From Macrostomum hystrix (taxonomy: Eukaryota > Animalia > Platyhelminthes), in assembly GCA_950097015.1 (NCBI GenBank), contig CATNEN010000010.1, positions 1,860,001 through 1,924,000 of the forward strand: a stretch of DNA of 64,000 nt. Direction: 5' to 3'. The stretch's first letter is position 1. Every line of letters begins with the position of its first letter. This document shows positions 60,401-64,000 of this stretch, piece after piece. The notes beneath the pieces are model-generated. The model saw only the letters and a list, made by a program, of their open reading frames with translations, had not been told where the DNA came from and did not search any database. The translations under genes were made by a program, and so were the position numbers.

Positions 60401-63400
60401 AGCCTCGTAGACCCAATAATGGCACCGCGTCTGACTGGGATTTAATTAAAATACACAGCATCTTGGCATTTCGCATAATACTGGCTGCGGGGGAGGGTGC
60501 TCAAGGGCGAGGGCCCGCACTAATGAGACAAGGGGATTACAAAGGCCGGCAGATCGGACTGAAATTGGGAAATTTTCAACAGTCGGCTACTCATCCACAC
60601 TGCTGATAGGTTGGGAGTTCCCGCAGAGTCTGGGGTGGATCCCCTGTACCGGGCCCCAAATAAAAATCCGGACTGTGCCGACCACACACTCGCTTCGGGA
60701 ATTAGCACCTGGATGATTATCAGTATCCCTGATCCGCACAGGGCTGGATTAGCCGGTTTTCCCTGGGGAAAATCTGTCAAATTAGAAAGGCCAATCGAAC
60801 GGACGAAAACAAAATTTCTGTTTGTTGCTAAAAATTGTGACTGGGGTGCGCTATTTGGGGAAAATCACTAGCATAGAGTTCATGGGTTTTCTCAGAAATA
60901 CCTAGAAATACGAACAGATGAGCTGTTCTCACAAATAATCTTAATGCTATGCTGAACCGCCGGGTTTTAATTATCCTCGCATACAAAATCATATTCCACC
61001 TTTGATCCGATATCACTTAATACAAAATCTCACTTTTAACAAAAACTAATCTAGAATCCAATCTCACCCAGGATCCAATCTCACCCAGCATCCAATCTCA
61101 CCCAGCATCCAATCTCACCCAGCATCCAATCTCACCCAGCATCCGATCTCACCCAGCATCCGATCTCACCCAGCATCCAATCTCACCCAGCATCCAATCT
61201 CACCCATCATCCAATCTTACCCAGCATCCAATCTCGCCCAGCATCCAATCTCACCCAGCATCCAATCTCACCCAGCATCCAATCTCACCCAGCATCCGAT
61301 CTCACCCAGCATCCAATCTCGCCCAGCATCCAATCTCACCCAGCATCCAATCTCACCTAGCATCTAATCTCACCCAGCATCCAATCTCACCCAGCATCCA
61401 ATCTCACCCAGCATCCAATCTCACCCAGCATCCAATCTCGCCCAGCATCCAATCTCACCCAGCATCCAATCTCACCCAGCATCCAATCTCGCCCAGCATC
61501 CAATCTCACCCAGCATCCAATCTCACCCAGCATCCGATCTCACCCAGCATCCAATCTCGCCCAGCATCCAATCTCACCCAGCATCCAATCTCGCCTAGCA
61601 TCTAATCTCACCCAGCATCCAATCTCACCCAGCATCTAATCTCACCCAGCATCCAATCTCGCCCAGCATCCAATCTCACCCAGCATCTAATCTCACCTTT
61701 GATCCAGCTCTCAAGTCCTGGCCGGGCGCTGTAATAGTGCAGAATGAATTCTCCCGAATCCTCGTAGTTGCAGCTGGAGTGTTTCAGGGCGATGGGGGGT
61801 AGCGCAAAGGTTTGTATTTGGGGATATATTTTCAATTTGTAACAAAGAACGGCAAAATGAATTCGCTCTTTAATTCCTGGGCAGAGAATGTAGCAATCGA
61901 TCATTCGCTGTGGATTGTATCATCTTTCAGTTGGCAAAATCGGAATTGCAGCTCCCTCAATTGATGTAAGTAGGTGAGGGGGCTTGAGAAAGCCACCCAG
62001 CACTTCCGTGGGAACATGACACCCTGAGTGGGGCCGGCGGATGCCCGGCTCATGGAAACGCAGCATGATTGGATGAGACAGCCTGACACGACGAGAATCA
62101 CCGGAGAGATCATCCGCTGAGATCCTCTGGCGTTCTGGCTTTCCGAGGCTTTCTTAGAATTGCTGGGAAAAACTGAAACAGGATATTGTGTCTTAGTCCG
62201 AAGAATATTTTCACAATTTGAGCGGGTGGTGGTTAGAGGAATAAAATCGGCAAAAAATCTGACGTGTCGCATCCGGCAAGGCGGGGATCTGAGCATCTGA
62301 GTTCTGTCTCATGAAGAAAGCTGAGACACTGAGACATGGGGAGCATGAATTGCGATGGTGTGGCATGCGATGGTGTGGGATGCGATGGTGTGGGATGCGA
62401 TGGTGTGGCATGCGATGGTGTGGCATGCGATGGTGTGGCATGCGATGGTGTGGCATGCGATGGTGTGGCATGCGATGGTGTGGTGATGTAAAAATGTGGC
62501 GATGTGAAAGCATGGGGATGTGAAAGTGTGGGGATGTGAAATGTTGTTATATGTAAGTGAGAATTCTTATCTAGGGACGGAATACGCGAGTACCACCATC
62601 GAAGGGTGGTGTTTAGATCGGATGTTATGAGGATATCTAGAAAACTGACTTTTCATGTGATAATTTGATCAAGCGATATTTGTTAGCGAAACGGTAGAGA
62701 AGGTCAAGTACAAACTGATCTTGCTTACCTGAACGAAGGCGGCACCATGCTCTTGTTGTCAATCTGCAGGTAGTCGTGCAGCGAGTCCAAATTCTGAATG
62801 AACTTCTTCAGATCCTGGCCTAGCGTGTAGATCATCTTGTCGTAGCCGTGCTTCTTGAAGTACTTGAAGAAGTGGCTGCCGAACATCTCGTACATTTCGT
62901 CCTTGGTTTTGTCTGCAGGTGGTTCAAGTTAGGTTGCTCGTATGTTAAACGGTATTGTCTTAAATTCTTGTAAAAGACGTTCAATAGGTGGGCTGAATAT
63001 CTAACATATTAACAGGTGAGTGTGAATATACAATTTGTACCTGACTGGTCTAGCAAAATATTTAACATAACATGCGCCACATTAATTAATTTTGATTATT
63101 CATCTAAATGGAGAGCAAATTAAGGTGTCAGCCAGAAGTCTCACTGAGCTCGGTCTGAGCAGCCTCCACCATATTGTAGAACAGTTGGTCCGGATAATTG
63201 TGGAAGATCAGAAAGTCGCGGCCTTCGTCTAGGGAGCAGGCGGAACTGCAACGGGAAGTAAAATTTAGGCGACCGTGATCCTGCCATGAACTCGTGCATT
63301 CATGATTTTTTATAGCATGTAAACAACTCAAGTACTGATGAACTCAAGTACTGATGAACTCAAGTACTGATGAACTCAAGTACTGATGAACTCAAGTACT

Positions 63401-63854
63401 GATGAACTCAAGTACTGATGAACTTGAGCGCAAGTATTGAATTCTTGAATGAGCGTAAGTATTCAAGAACACAAGCGTGCTTGAACCGAATAACCCCCGC
63501 ACTAAGTATTCATGAACGTAGAATAACGAATCAAATGAATTACTTATGAATCCTAGAGCTTTAGAATAGAGGAAAAGCAGAGTGAGGTCGTGTACAGCTG
63601 GAGCATTCGATTTCGTATATATTCGAGAGCTCAGAAATTCAGGTAAACAAAGGGCGCCACATACAGGATACTATGGCCGTATCTATTGCCGCCAGATGCT
63701 GATTTAGACTAGTCAGGCGGACAAAAATAAACTGGAATTGTGGAAACTCGATGAATTCGAGTGGTTTATGGCCGACTTACACGATCTTCTTCCAGGCATT
63801 TTTAGTCGGCTGCTCGAGCATCATCTCCTTGAAGCAGACGTGAATGTGTCCGTA
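57436..63854 (-). CDS. GUCY1B2: Soluble guanylyl cyclase, beta2/atypical-like (H-NOX, PAS/HNOBA, coiled coil, cyclase, CaaX); 10 exons seen, initiator ATG exon not found; ~678 aa
   Basis: Exons 63854-63781, 63245-63145, 62912-62729, 61773-61697, 59840-59373, 59266-59127, 58997-58817, 58747-58452, 58314-58160, 57793-57436; all GT-AG and in frame (2034 nt). Motifs: YGHIH start, NLDSLHDYL (heme His), PPSFSC, HYYSAR (YxSxR), [54 protein letters not shown] and C-terminal CRLL. Orthology to GUCY1B2 is inferred from features. Confidence 0.93.
57851..58150. repeat. 38-bp intronic tandem repeat (GCTAGTCTAGCTCATTGGATGAAGTGTCAGCATGGATT)
   Basis: About 8 copies in the last sGC intron. Confidence 0.95.
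59933..60207. repeat. 16-bp intronic tandem repeat (CTGATCGATTCTCAAA)
   Basis: About 17 copies. Confidence 0.93.
61056..61696. repeat. 17-bp intronic tandem repeat (ATCCAATCTCACCCAGC) starting at the splice donor
   Basis: About 37 copies; the minus-strand unit contains GG/GTGAGA. Confidence 0.95.
62351..62483. repeat. 15-bp tandem repeat (TGCGATGGTGTGGCA)
   Basis: About 9 copies. Confidence 0.92.
63326..63422. repeat. 16-bp tandem repeat (ACTCAAGTACTGATGA)
   Basis: 6 copies. Confidence 0.92.
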
Positions 63855-64000
63855 CTGCAATTGAAAACAGGATGCACTGGGCTTCGAAAACACTTCACTC
63901 ATGAGCGGACCAGCTGCTCACGCTTTCGAAGCTCGTGGACAGTCAGCATCAACTTCATTTGACCTGAAAAACTCCCAGTGTTTTGTCCCACCAGCAGAGT

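Overview
Eukaryotic, intron-containing animal DNA with GC-rich exons, AT-rich introns and roughly one fifth of the window in 15-44 bp minisatellite arrays. The style suggests a free-living flatworm such as Macrostomum, but that is inference only. Gene models were built by hand from GT-AG junctions with phase checks: a 3-exon CYP2-clan cytochrome P450 (6218-8908 +), a single-exon N-terminal-RASSF-like protein (9908-10579 +), a 5-exon tektin-1 (13514-16154 -), a giant (>=1,961 aa, >=15 exons) Asp-rich DxDxDG-repeat protein whose 14 visible introns are all phase 1 (19988-34600 +, N-terminus not found), an orphan single-pass membrane protein (37304-38440 -), a small TM/QQYP/PPxY protein (50377-50814 +), two identical tRNA-Gln(CTG) genes, and a beta2-like soluble guanylyl cyclase (57436-63854 -, first ATG exon not found in the window). 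Mobile DNA comprises an internally deleted DD34D mariner with ~190-bp TIRs, a decayed APE-type non-LTR retrotransposon (Loa/R1-like), a probable hAT MITE and faint LINE remnants. The most interesting system is the modular DxDxDG gene, with Cys-bracketed modules, alternating acidic and basic blocks, four 75-nt exons and a 21-nt microexon, all frame-symmetric. Second is the sGC with Trp at the distal heme-pocket position plus a CaaX box.
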